A stretch of DNA of 64,000 bases. Source: Octopus vulgaris. Its lineage: Eukaryota. The translations under genes and the position numbers were made by a program. The notes under the pieces were generated by a model. That model did no database searches. It was not told where the DNA came from and saw only the letters and a list, made by a program, of their open reading frames with translations. Positions 24,176 to 36,084 of the stretch are shown here, piece by piece. The stretch is taken from contig OX597814.1 of NCBI GenBank assembly GCA_951406725.2, positions 80,600,001-80,664,000 on the forward strand, written 5' to 3'. Position 1 is the first letter of the stretch; each line of letters opens with the position of its first letter.

Positions 24176-26040
24176 ATCGGAGAGGGTTATAGCCCAACTA
24201 ATTAGAGAGAGAATTAGCTTAGATGAGATGCAGTTAGGGTTCGTGCCAGGGAGAAGTACTACTGATGTTATATTCCTGGTAAGACAGCTGCAGGAGAAAT
24301 ACCTAGCCAAAGATAAGCCCCTGTACCTGGCTTTTGTTGACATGGAGAAAGCCTTCGACAGGGTTCCCCGATCCCTTATCTGGTGGTCAATGAGGAAACT
24401 AGGGATAGATGAATGGTTAGTTAGAGCTGTGCGAGCCATGTACAGAGACGCTGCTAGTAAGGTGAGGGTTGGCAACGAGTACAGTGAAGAATTCCGGGTA
24501 GAGGTTGGGGTCCACCAAGGTTCAGTCCTCAGTCCCCTCCTATTTATCATAGTCCTCCAGGCAATAACGGAGGAATTCAAGACAGGATGCCCCTGGGAGC
24601 TCCTCTGTGCTGATGACCTTGCTCTAATTGCTTAGTCACTATCAGAACTGGAGGAGAAGTTTCAGGTGTGGAAGCAAGGTCTAGAATCGAAGGGCCTCAG
24701 AATCAATCTAGCCAAAACCAAAGTCCTAATAAGTAGGAAAGTAGACAAGTCACAAACGCCTTCAGGTAGATGGCCCTGCTCGATCTGTAAAAAAGGTGTA
24801 GGTAGAAACTCTATAAGGTGCACCGAGTGCAAGCTATGGACACATAAGAGGTGTAGCAATGTCAAAGGAAGGCTAACTAGGAAAATAGTTTTTGTCTGTG
24901 GCAGATGCTCAGGAGCAATAAACACTGAAAATGTGCAGAGACCAACGTCTACCATGTTCCAGGGAGAAAAACTAGAAGTAGTTGATAGCTTCCGCTACCT
25001 AGGTGACCAAGTCAGTAGCGGGGGTGGGTGTGCTGAAAGTGTAACTGCTAGAGTAAGAATAGCCTGGGCAAAGTTTAGAGAGCTCTTACCCCTGCTGGTG
25101 ACAAAAGGCCTCTCGCTCAGAGTAAAAGGCAGACTGTATGATGCATGTGTACGTACAGCCATGCTACATGGTAGTGAAACATGGGCTGTGACTGCTGAGG
25201 ATATGTGTAAGCTCGCAAGAAATGAAGCCAGTATGCTCCGATGGATGTGTAATGTCAGTGTTCATAATCGACAGAGTGTAAGTACCTTGAGAGAAAAGTT
25301 GACCCTAAGAAGCATCAGTTGTGGTGTGCAAGAGAGACGTCTGTGCTGGTATGGGCATGTGACGAGAATGGGTGAAGATAGTTGTGTGCAAAAGTGCCAC
25401 ACTCCAGCAGTTGAGGGAACCTGTGGAAGAGGTAGACCCAGGAAAACCTGGGACGAGGTAGTGAAGCACGACCTTCGAACTTTAGGTCTCACCAAGGAAA
25501 TGACTAGAGACCGAGACCTATGGAAGTATGCTGTGCATGAGAAGACCCGGCAAGACCAGTGAGAACAGTCAAAATCAAACCAAATCAACATCAGTGCAAA
25601 TTGCAGTTGTGGTTAAGCGAACCATCCGATCGTTTGTCCGTTGCCAGCCTGGCCTGGCCCCCGTGCTGGTAGCACGTAAAAGTACCATTCGTTCATGTCC
25701 GTTGCCAGCCTCGCCTGGCCCCCATGCCGTTGGCACATAAAAGCACCGTCCACTCGTGTCCGTTGCCAGCCTCGCCTGGCCCCCGTGCCGGTAGCATGTA
25801 AAAGCACCATCCATTCGTGGCCGTTTGCCAGCTCTGTCTGGCACCTGTGCAGGTGGCACGTAAAAAGCACCCACTACACTCACGGAGTGGTTGGCGTTAG
25901 GAAGGGCATCCAGTCGTAGAAACACTGCCAAATCTGACTGGGCCTGATGAAGCCTTCCAGCTTCACAGACCCCAGTTAAACCGTCCAACCCATGCTAGCA
26001 TGGAAAACGGACGCTAAATGATGATGATGATGATGATGAT
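24176..26040 (+). mobile_element. Young 5'-truncated RTE LINE (RT + PHD-like finger + C-terminus)
   Basis: QLGFVPGRST, FVDMEKAFDRV, GVHQGSVLSP, LCADD, FRYLG, HGSETW; one in-frame stop at 24633; (GAT)n tail. Confidence 0.95.
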
Positions 26041-26069
26041 ATATATATATATATATATAACTTCATCAT

Positions 26070-28095
26070 GATCGTCACTATCATTTAACTTCCATTTTCT
26101 ATACTGGCATGGGCTGGATGGTGTGATAGGAGCTGACCATCCAGGTAGCATCCCGGACTCCAATTGTCTGTTTTGGCATGGTTTCTTTGGCTAGATGCTC
26201 TTCCTAATGCTAGCCCCTTCATATGGTGTGCTAGGTGCTTTTTATTAGCCACCAGCATTGATGTGTCTATTTGGGACCAGCACGGGTGCATTTTATATGG
26301 AACCGGCACCTGTAGAGGATATGCTTGTATATATCAGGGCTAAATGGACACCCAGAAGACGACCAGCATGGAGAAGGGTTTGGAAGCTTAAGGATCCTGA
26401 GAATGGACAGAGATTTAGAGACGTATTACTCAAAGCTTTTGACGAAATAGAAGAGGATATAGCATCCCATTATGTGGAAGACAACTGGAGGTTCCTACAG
26501 GACAACCTGTTGAAGACTTCTGACTAGATCTGTGGGTGGAGCAAAGTCCCCTCTCAACCCAAGGTAATGTGGTGGTGGAACAATGTAGTTGACAAGGCCA
26601 TTAGAGAAAAGAAACAGGTATGGAAGGACTGGAAGAACGGTGGTAGCAGAGAATTGTATCAGATTGTCAGAAGAAAAGTTAGGCGACAGGTTTACTTAGC
26701 CAGAGGGGAAGCAGATAAGAAAAATTTTGCCAATGTTCTGCATCATGAGGACCAAAGACTTGAAGTCTTTCGTGTTGCAAGACAGTGTGTGAGAGAGAAT
26801 CATGATGCCATAGGAGAGAAATGTGTCAACATGCATGATGGCTCACTTGCATTTAATAAGGCTGCAAAGAGAGAGACTTGGAGATGTCACTATGAAAGGT
26901 TGCTAAATGAAGAAAATGAATGGGAGAAAGAGAGTCTACCAAATGTTGACCCAACAGAGGGACCAGCTATCTGAATTGACAGTACCTTGGTAGATAAAGC
27001 AATTAAGGGTATGAAGACAGGGAAAGCCCCTGGCCCATCAGGAATCACTGCAGAGATGCTTAATACATCTAGCAGTGTTGGATATAGTCTAGTTACCCAT
27101 ATAGTCAGTCAACTGATACATGAAGGAGTCATACCCAATGACTGGTGTAGCAGCACCATAGTCAATGCTACAAAGGTAAAGGTGATGCATTAGATACAAA
27201 TAATTACAGAGCTATAAAGTTGTTGAATCAGGTAATGAAAGTCTCAGAGAGGGTCATAGCCCGACTAATTAGGGAGAGAGTTAGCGAGGGTGATGAGATA
27301 CAGTTTAGGTTTATGCCAGGGAAAAGCACCACTGATGCTATATTTCTGATAAGATAGCTGCAGGAGAAATACCTAACCAAAGATAAACCTGGCTTTCATT
27401 GATGTGGAGAAAGCCTGATCCCTTATCTGGTGGTCAATGCAGAAACTAGCAATAGATGAGTGGTTAGTGAGAGCTGTAGAATCCATGTACAGGGATGCTG
27501 TCAGTAAGGTGAGGGTTGGCAACAAGTATAGTGAAGAATTCCAGGTGCGGGTAGGGGTCCACCAAAGATCAGTGTTCAGCCTCCTCTTATTCACCATAGT
27601 CCTCCAAGCAATAACAGTGGAATTCAAGACAGGATGCCACTGGAAGCTTCTCTATGCTGATGACCTTGCTCTGATAGTTAAGTCACTATCAGAACTAGAG
27701 GAGGATTTTCAGGTGTGGAAGCAAGGTCTATAATCAAAGGGCCTTAGAGTCAATCTAGCAAAAACCAAAGTTTTAGTATGTAGGAAGGCAGACAAATCAC
27801 AAATCCCTTTAGGTAGATGGCCCTGCTCTATCTGTAGAAAAGGCATAGGTAGAAACTCCATAAGATGTACCCAGTGTAACCTATGGACACATAAGAGGTG
27901 CAGCAATATCAAAGTAAGGCTAATTTATTTGGCCTGGAGGACTATTATAAACAAGAGAGGGCTAAGGACTGATTCTTAGTGAACTCTTATCTGAACACTA
28001 AATTCATTGCTATACTCATTGCCAACCTTCAGGCAACAACCCTGTATGTAGCTTGTACAGCTCTCACAAAACACTAATCTATCCCTAGCTTCTGA
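26070..28095. mobile_element. Rearranged RTE fragments (minus-strand tail 26070-26310, plus-strand body 26330-27920, minus-strand RT piece 27925-28095)
   Basis: Peptides WWWNNVVDKAI, KAPGPSGITAEML, LLYADDL homologous to the other copies. Confidence 0.85.
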
Positions 28096-28171
28096 ATACA
28101 TATGTGTACATGCATGTGTGTGTTTATTGATATAGACAGATAGATATAGAGATATAGGTATATATCATATA

Positions 28172-28568
28172 CTCTCTTTACTCTTTTACTCCTTTACTTG
28201 TTTCAGTCATTTGACTGCAGCCATGCTGGAGCACCGCCTTTAGTCGAGCAAATCGACCCCGGGACTTATTCTTTGTAAGCCCAGTACTTATTCTATCGGT
28301 CTTTTTTGCCGAACCGCTAAGTGACGGGGACGTAAACACACCAGCATTGGTTGTCAAGCAATGCTAGGGGGACAAACACACACATACATATATATACATA
28401 TATACGACAGGCTTCTTTCAGTTTCCGTCTACCAAATCCACTCACAAGGCATTGGTCGGCCCGGGGCTACAGCAGAAGACACTTGCCCAAGATGCCACGC
28501 AGTGGGACTGAACCCGGAACCATGTGGTTGGTTAGCAAGTTACTTAGCACACAGCCACTCCTGCGCCT
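28172..28568 (-). mobile_element. Young CORE-like tRNA SINE
   Basis: Head aggcgcaggagtggctgtgtg, B box gggttcagtccc, CORE-like gcatcttgggcaagtgtctt, tail gactgaaacaagtaaa; CpGs retained. Older copies at about 8500, 28636, 33735, 39480, 44900, 47780, 51475, 56895, 60105 and 62860. Confidence 0.85.
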
Positions 28569-29435
28569 ATATTATAGGTGCAGGAGTATATTATAGTATA
28601 TTATATATTTTTGTTATAAAAACGAAAATTTTTACATGGCTGTGTGGTAAAAAGCTTATTTTCGAACCACATGATTCAGAGTTCAGTCCCACTGTGTGAC
28701 ACCTTGGGCAAGTGTCATCTATTATAGCTTCAGGCTGACCAAAGCCTTATGAGTGAATTTGATAAACATAAACTGAAAGAAGTTCATCGTATGTGTGTGT
28801 GTGTGTGTGTGTGTATGCATGTGTGTGCGTGTATGTGTGTATGTGTATATATTTATGTGTGGGTCTTAGTGTCTGGGTTTGTCCCCCTACCATCACTTGA
28901 TAACCAATGTTTGTATGTTTACATCCCTATAACTTAGTGGTTCAGCAAAAAAGACTGATAGAATATGTGCCAGGCTTACTATCGTCATTATGATCCGTTT
29001 TCTATGCTGGCATAGGTTAGACAGTTCAAGTTGAACAGGTAAGGTGGAGAACTGCACTAGGCTCCAATTATCTGTTTTGACTTGTTTTCTATGGCATTGT
29101 AGGCTTGCATTGTAGGAAAAGGGTTTATAAAGAATGAGAGATAAAGGTAAGATTTTTGAAAAAAAGTAAAAACAAAAAGACAGACAGACAGATAGGTTGA
29201 TAAATAGATAAATAGATAGGTAGTTATTTTTTTGTTTGATTGTCAACTATGATAGATCAGCATATATACAGAGTTTAAAAGGAGTTAGATGTTGTTCTTT
29301 AAACTGAGATTATCCCATTCAAAAGTTTTAGTTTATGTTCTGAGTTCAAATGTCATTGAGATCAACTTTACCTTTCATAATTTCAGAGTGATTAAAATAA
29401 GTGCCAGTTGAGCACTTGGGCTGATGTAATCAACT

Positions 29436-29601
29436 TGCTAGTGTAGCTAGGGTGTGTGCCACCTGGGGAAGCCCTTCAGATTGCAGCCCCTGGGTCCCCA
29501 CGAAAAATACATGTTACCTACAGCAGAACCAAATGTGGTGCACCCCCACCCCCCATAAAAGTGACACTTGGGGCAGACCGCCCTCTCTAGTTATGCTAGT
29601 G
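29436..29601. mobile_element. Small hAT MITE inserted in a Meta-like SINE (29330-29660)
   Basis: TIRs tgctagtgtagctag / ctagttatgctagtg; 8-bp TSD aatcaact/aattgact. Confidence 0.65.
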
Positions 29602-30370
29602 AATTGACTAACCCTTCCCAACAAAATTTCAGGTATTGTAACTATACTAGAAAAAAATTATCATATGTGTCTTTGGTTTCAAGATCGATGGGTATGGTTT
29701 CAGAAAGGTACTAGACTGTTATTACCAAGACACAAACAACCACATAGAAGCATTCATTTGTTAGCTAAGAAGTGAGTTTTACAATGAAATAGGCAATGTT
29801 GTTAATTTAAGCTCTCTTTCTGAACATTCCTTTAATAAAAGAATGAGGAAAAGTGTCTTGAACAGTGGAGAGTAATAAAAAGAAGCAGACGTTATTGAAA
29901 CATCATAAAGGAAATGTGATTCAGAAGATTTATAAAATTTATATATAAAAAAAATTGTTATATAAATATGATAATTTTTTTTTTGATATATGAAAATTTT
30001 GCTTTAATACATAAAATCTTTCTATACATATGTGCATATGTGTGTAAGTATGGATATATCTATGCATTCACATGTGCACATTTGCATGTGCATATATTTT
30101 GCACACACTCTTATGTATGTATGTATGTATGTATGTATGTATGTATGTATGTATGTATGTATGTATGTATGTAGTGGCACAGGCTTGGTACATAGCAGAG
30201 GAATAGCATAGGTGCACCTTGGCAGTTTGGTTTCTAAATTTGCTTAACAACCATGTGGCTCTGACCCTGGGCTAGCCAGTGCCTTCTGAGTGAAATTTGG
30301 TAGGTAGAAACTATAGAGAAGCTCATAGTATGTCTGTGTGTGTGTGTATGTATATATATAAATATATATA

Positions 30371-30423
<53 letters not shown>

Positions 30424-31047
30424 CTATATATATATACACACACACATTCATACGTATCATACATTATTGTTTTAATGTACATGTTCCTATAATTGCATTG
30501 GGTTTGTTAGATATTCTATGGGAGATACCTTTCCTGTCATCAACCCTCACTTGTTTCTAGGTAAAGTAATAATTCCCCATGACTAGACATCTTTTCAGGA
30601 AAGATTGGAAGATGAACATCTGTACCTGTCTATCTATTCATCTATCTGTTGATATAATTATATATATATATATATATAGACACACACACATATATTTATA
30701 CATATACATATATATACATGTAAATTTGTGTGTGTATGTGTGTGTGTGTGTGTGTGTACCACAGACTCTCCCGTCATTATTAGATAACATATGAGGCTTC
30801 TGTAATTTTTTGCAAACAACCACACAGATGATTTGTTTATGGTTAGCAAATGTTTGTGCTCACTCCCTCCATCAAATTGACATTATCTGTACATGTGGCA
30901 TGACATGCCATATGTCAGCTGACAAAATGATTGCAAAACATGGAATGAGGTGTTATACTCAAGAACACAATGCAATGCCTGATCTGGGAATTGAAACCAC
31001 AATCTCATAATCATGAGTACTGCACTCTAACCACTCACCCATGTGTC

Positions 31048-31330
<283 letters not shown>

Positions 31331-31607
31331 ATGAGTCACATTGTTTACATATGCATATGTATATGTAGGAAGAATTGCATACATAAGTAGGTGCACATAA
31401 AGGAAACACTGGAAGATGTACAAATATTACAAGAATTAAGGGAAATGGACAATGTCCAACATTACAAAACCATAAGATATAAAATGTAAATAAAACTGTG
31501 ATTGATTGCGTGTGGGTGTATGTGTACATACATGTATGTATGTACATGCGTGTTGCTTTCTGGTTTAACATTGGTCCAGTATATTTGAGGTCTTGAAAAT
31601 CACTTAC

Positions 31608-31652
31608 CATGAAGAGGGTAATTACAGACAGGAGAAGACTTTATCATTGTAG
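31608..31652 (-). CDS. Candidate 45-nt internal exon (TMIKSSPVCNYPLH)
   Basis: ctcttcAG acceptor, ATG|GTAAGT donor, symmetric phase 1, open frame; no homology support. Confidence 0.2.
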
Positions 31653-31724
31653 CTGAAGAGACTTTTGGAATTAAAATTATCAATAGAGCTTACTTTAATT
31701 GAATTTCTATTAAAAACTTTATAT

Positions 31725-31940
31725 GGAGGCGCAATGGCCTAGTGGTTAGGGCAGCGGACTTGCGGTCGGAGGATCGCGGTTTCGATTCCCAGACCGGGCG
31801 TTGTGTGTGTTTATTGAGCGAAAAAAACACCTAAAGCTCCACGAGGCTCCTGCAGGAGGTGGTGATCCCTGCTGTACTCTTTCACCACTCTAAAGGCGGT
31901 GCTCCAGCATGGCCGCAGTCGAAATGACTGAAACAAGTAC

Positions 31941-31967
<27 letters not shown>
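31725..31967 (+). mobile_element. Young short tRNA-derived SINE with poly(A) tail
   Basis: A box TGGCCTAGTGG, B box GTTTCGATTCC, CpG-rich, 3' end shared with the CORE-like family, A27 tail. Confidence 0.9.
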
Positions 31968-31971
<4 letters not shown>

Positions 31972-34900
31972 TGAGGTATCTGAAAAATGAAAAGAAATTA
32001 AATTTGAGAAGTAACTGTGTCTACACTTTTAGACTTAAGTTTTGATTATATTATAATATGTTTCTTGGACTATCTTTACACTTGGAAGCATTCAAGCTGT
32101 GAATATATTTTATCTTTCAAATCAGTATTACAAAAAGCTTTATTATCATAACAACAAACACTAATGAACATGGATTGTGTATACATATTTACATACATAT
32201 GCATGTATGCTTGTATGCATATCATCATCATCATCATCTACACACACACACACACACACACATACACAAGCATATATATGTATAAGTGTGTACATATGTA
32301 TACATATGTGTATGTGTATGTATATATGCATGTGTATATGCATGTGTATATATGTGTATGTGTACTTGTTTTGATATCATGTAGTAATTGTAAATGAGCC
32401 TCACCATTATACATGCAGTGCTTTTCCTATTCATTCTATCAGGCAATCATCAAGTCATGGAGAAATATTCGTCTCGAATTTTGACACAAGACCAGCAGTT
32501 TCAGGGGAGGAGTTGAATCAATTACATCAACACCAGTACTCTATTGGTATTTATTTTATTGACCCTGAAAGAATGAAAGTCAAAGTCGACTTTGATGGAA
32601 TTTGAACTCAGAACGTAAAGGCAGATGAAATTCTACAAAGCATATTGCCTGGCATACTAACACTTCTGCCAGCTTGCTGCCTAGTCATTAAGAAATATTA
32701 GCTTGCTAGGAAACAGACTAGGGTGATCAGAAGGGCATCAGGCTTCAACAATTTTTTCTAAAACCATGGAAGTATGGAAAAGTGGACATTAACTGTTGTG
32801 CATGTTTGTATGTGTGTGTATATACTTGTGTGAAGGTGCATGGCTCAGTGTTTAGAGTGTTGGGCTCACAATAGTGAGGTAGTGAGTTCATTTCGCAGAC
32901 AGGGTTGTATGTTGTGTTCATGAGCAAGATACTTTATTTCACATTGCTCCTGTTCACTCAGCTGTAGAAATGAGTTGCAATGTCACTGGTGCCAAGCTGT
33001 ATTGGCCTTTGCTTTTCCCTTGGATAACATTGGGGGCATAGAGAGGGGAGGCTGGTATGTATGGACAACTGCTGGTCTTCCATAAAAGGGCCTTGCCCAG
33101 ATTTGTGCTTTCTAAGTGCAATTCCATGGTCATTCATGACCAAAGGGGATCATAAAAAATAAATATATACTTGTGAATGAAAGTGATAGAGATGAAAATA
33201 AAAACAGAAACAAGGAATCAAAGAAGAATAAAGAAAGAGAAAAAGACAGTAAGAATAAAATAGTTAGAAGGAGGGAAGTAATGAAACAAGAAATGAATCA
33301 GTTTGAGAATTTCTATATAGGAATCTTTAAATGAAAAAAATCAATAATTTCTGTAATATTTGTCACCAGGGTAACATTAATACAACACTGCATTTCAACA
33401 CAACAGCAACAAAACAATAATAATGCTTTCTACTAAAGGCACAATGCCTGAAATTTGACAGGAGGGAGTTGATTACATTGACTTCAGTGTTTCACTAACA
33501 CTTTATTTATCAACCACAAAAGGATGAAAGGCAAAGTCGACCTCGGTGGAATTTGAACTCAGAATGTAAAGATGGACAAAATACTGCTAAGCATTTCACA
33601 CAGCATGCTAATGATTCTGCCAGCTTGCTGCCTTGCAACAAAACAATAATAATGGCCACAGAGGATTTTTACATCATCTTCTTGGTTGCATTTTATTACA
33701 TATAATTTACATATTTTTTAATGCATCTTCATGTTTTATTTGCTTCAGCGATTAGACTGTGGCCATGCTGGGGCACCACCAGGAATTTTATTAGGCAACT
33801 GATTCAGCCCTAGTACTTAATTCTATTTTTTATAAGCCTGATACTTATTCCATCAATCTCTTTTGCTGAACTGCTAAGTTATAGGGATATAAACACACCA
33901 ACACTGGTTTTCAAGTGGTGGTGGAGGACAAACACAAACACACACAAACACACACGCACACACAGACACACACATGCAAACACACACATACGCATATATA
34001 CATACATACAACAGGTTGCTTTCATTTTCTCTCTACCAAATCCACTTCACAAGGCTTAGGTTGGCCCAAGTCTATAGTAGAAGACACTTGCCCAAGGTGC
34101 CACACAATGGGACTGAACCATGTGTTTGGGAAGCTAACTTATCACTTTTGACGTATTTCTTATGTATGCAGCTCCACACAGATATTACTATACTGCAACC
34201 CTGAAGTTCTCTGCAACACCACAATGACCGTCACCATCTCTCTCTCTCTCCCACTCTCTCTCTCTCCCACTCTCTCTCTCTCACTCTCCTTCTCTTTCTT
34301 CTTTGTCTTTTCTCGCTACTCTTCTTTACACTCAAGTTGTCTACTTTGCACACAATGACATGCACACACACACACACACACACACATGCATGCACTCACA
34401 CATATACACACGTGTACACACACATGCATGCACATACGCAAACACACACATACGCACACACACAAACACACATGTACACACACATAAATATTGATATCTA
34501 TGTATAAATTGTATGTGTGTGTGCATATGTTTGTGTGCATGTGTGTGTGCATGCATGTGTGTGTGTTTGTGTATGTGCATGCATGTGTTTGTACGTGTGT
34601 GTGTGTGAGTGTATGCATGTGTGTGTGTGTGCATGCCATTGTGGGCAATGTAGACAAGTTGAGTGTAAAGACAAGTAGCAAGAAAAGGCAAAGAAGAGAG
34701 AGAAAGGAAGAGAGAGAGAGAGAAAGGGAGAGAAAGAGAGAGAGAGGGATATCAATATTTATATATCTTTTGTTCTTCATTCAATGTCTTACAGGTCCTC
34801 TTTCTCTCTTGCCCATCTTTCTATCCCCTGATATCTTCTCTCCTTCTCTCTCTGTCTCTCTCTCCCTCACTCTCTCCCTTTCTCCGTCACCCAGCAATTT

Positions 34901-35637
34901 CTCCGTTCTCTCCTTGTACTTTGTAATCATCTTCCCTTTGTCTTCATACCTTTGTAACATTAGTTTTACCATATTCCATACAGCAGACAAATTTTTCTCT
35001 TTTGTTTGTTCTGCTTTTATATTTGTTTTGGGGTTTTCTTTTCTCATCTTACAATCTTCTGTTTTTATTTGGCACTTCTGTTTTGTTTTACTATTTTTTT
35101 ATATTGCTTTCTTCTTTTTTTTAAAAAAAATCAATATTTTTCATGTATAATTCTTATATAATTTTTATTCTTATTCTAGAATTTTACTTTTTAGCCTCTA
35201 TTCAAAGTTATTTTTGAACCTATTTCTTCACCTGGAAATATTCCAAGACAATTTTTTTTTTGCCATTATCCTTAGTAATGTCACAGATTCACTTTGATTT
35301 TTTTTTTAATGAAAAAATAATTTTGAATATTTTTAAGTTTCTTTACCTTTTATTTTATAACCTTATAAATATAATAATGATGATGATGATGACGACGACG
35401 ACAACAACAACAACGATGACGATGATTATAATAATAATCTAAGCTGAAGAAAATTCTAACTGGGCCTCACTAGCAAGGTCATAAACTGTTTATCTTGATA
35501 CTAGACCATGTCATGCATATATGGTTGTGATGCATGTGCCTGAGGTAGTCATGGCGGGTATACACATCTTCGTATATTTGAAATCTAGTGTTACTTTGAT
35601 GGTATGCACTGTTCTCTTACTCAATAATAGTTATGAT

Positions 35638-35993
35638 AAGAGCACTCAGAGAGTGCAAACCTCAGCCAAGGCAACACTGACATTCTCTCAATGATTAGCC
35701 GGAGAGGATTTTTAAAATGAGAATATCTAAAATAAACTCGACTGTTCTCACAAACAAGAATACTAAAAATGAACCCAACCGCTCTCAAAAATTAAGTAAA
35801 AAGAACAGAAAAATAATCTAGAATCCTTGTCCGGTACTGGATCAATCCCAAAATCTAATCAGTTTTTGCCAGTCACGAGGCCAAACATCCCTGAAAGTTT
35901 CATCCAAATCCATCCAGCAGTTCTTGTCTACAGACAACCAAACAAACAAACACAACTAAAAACAATACCTCTGCCTTCGCTAAGGTGGAGGTA

Positions 35994-35995
<2 letters not shown>
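35638..35995 (-). mobile_element. Helentron-associated non-autonomous element (HINE/DINE-1-like)
   Basis: 5' subterminal hairpin acctccacctt-agcg-aaggcagaggt, (TTTG)n, 3' subTIR ccttggctgaggt and terminal hairpin gcactc-tct-gagtgc; TT ends. Confidence 0.75.
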
Positions 35996-36032
<37 letters not shown>

Positions 36033-36084
36033 GATGTAGTACCAGGCAGTGGTTCTCATGACTTCTAATCTTAACTGATTGGAA

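Noticed and set aside
25620-25872. CRISPR-like repeat array
   Set aside because: Eukaryotic LINE 3' UTR tandem repeat with no unique spacers and no cas genes
31728-31800. Functional tRNA gene
   Set aside because: No complete cloverleaf or T-run terminator; continues into a SINE body and poly(A)
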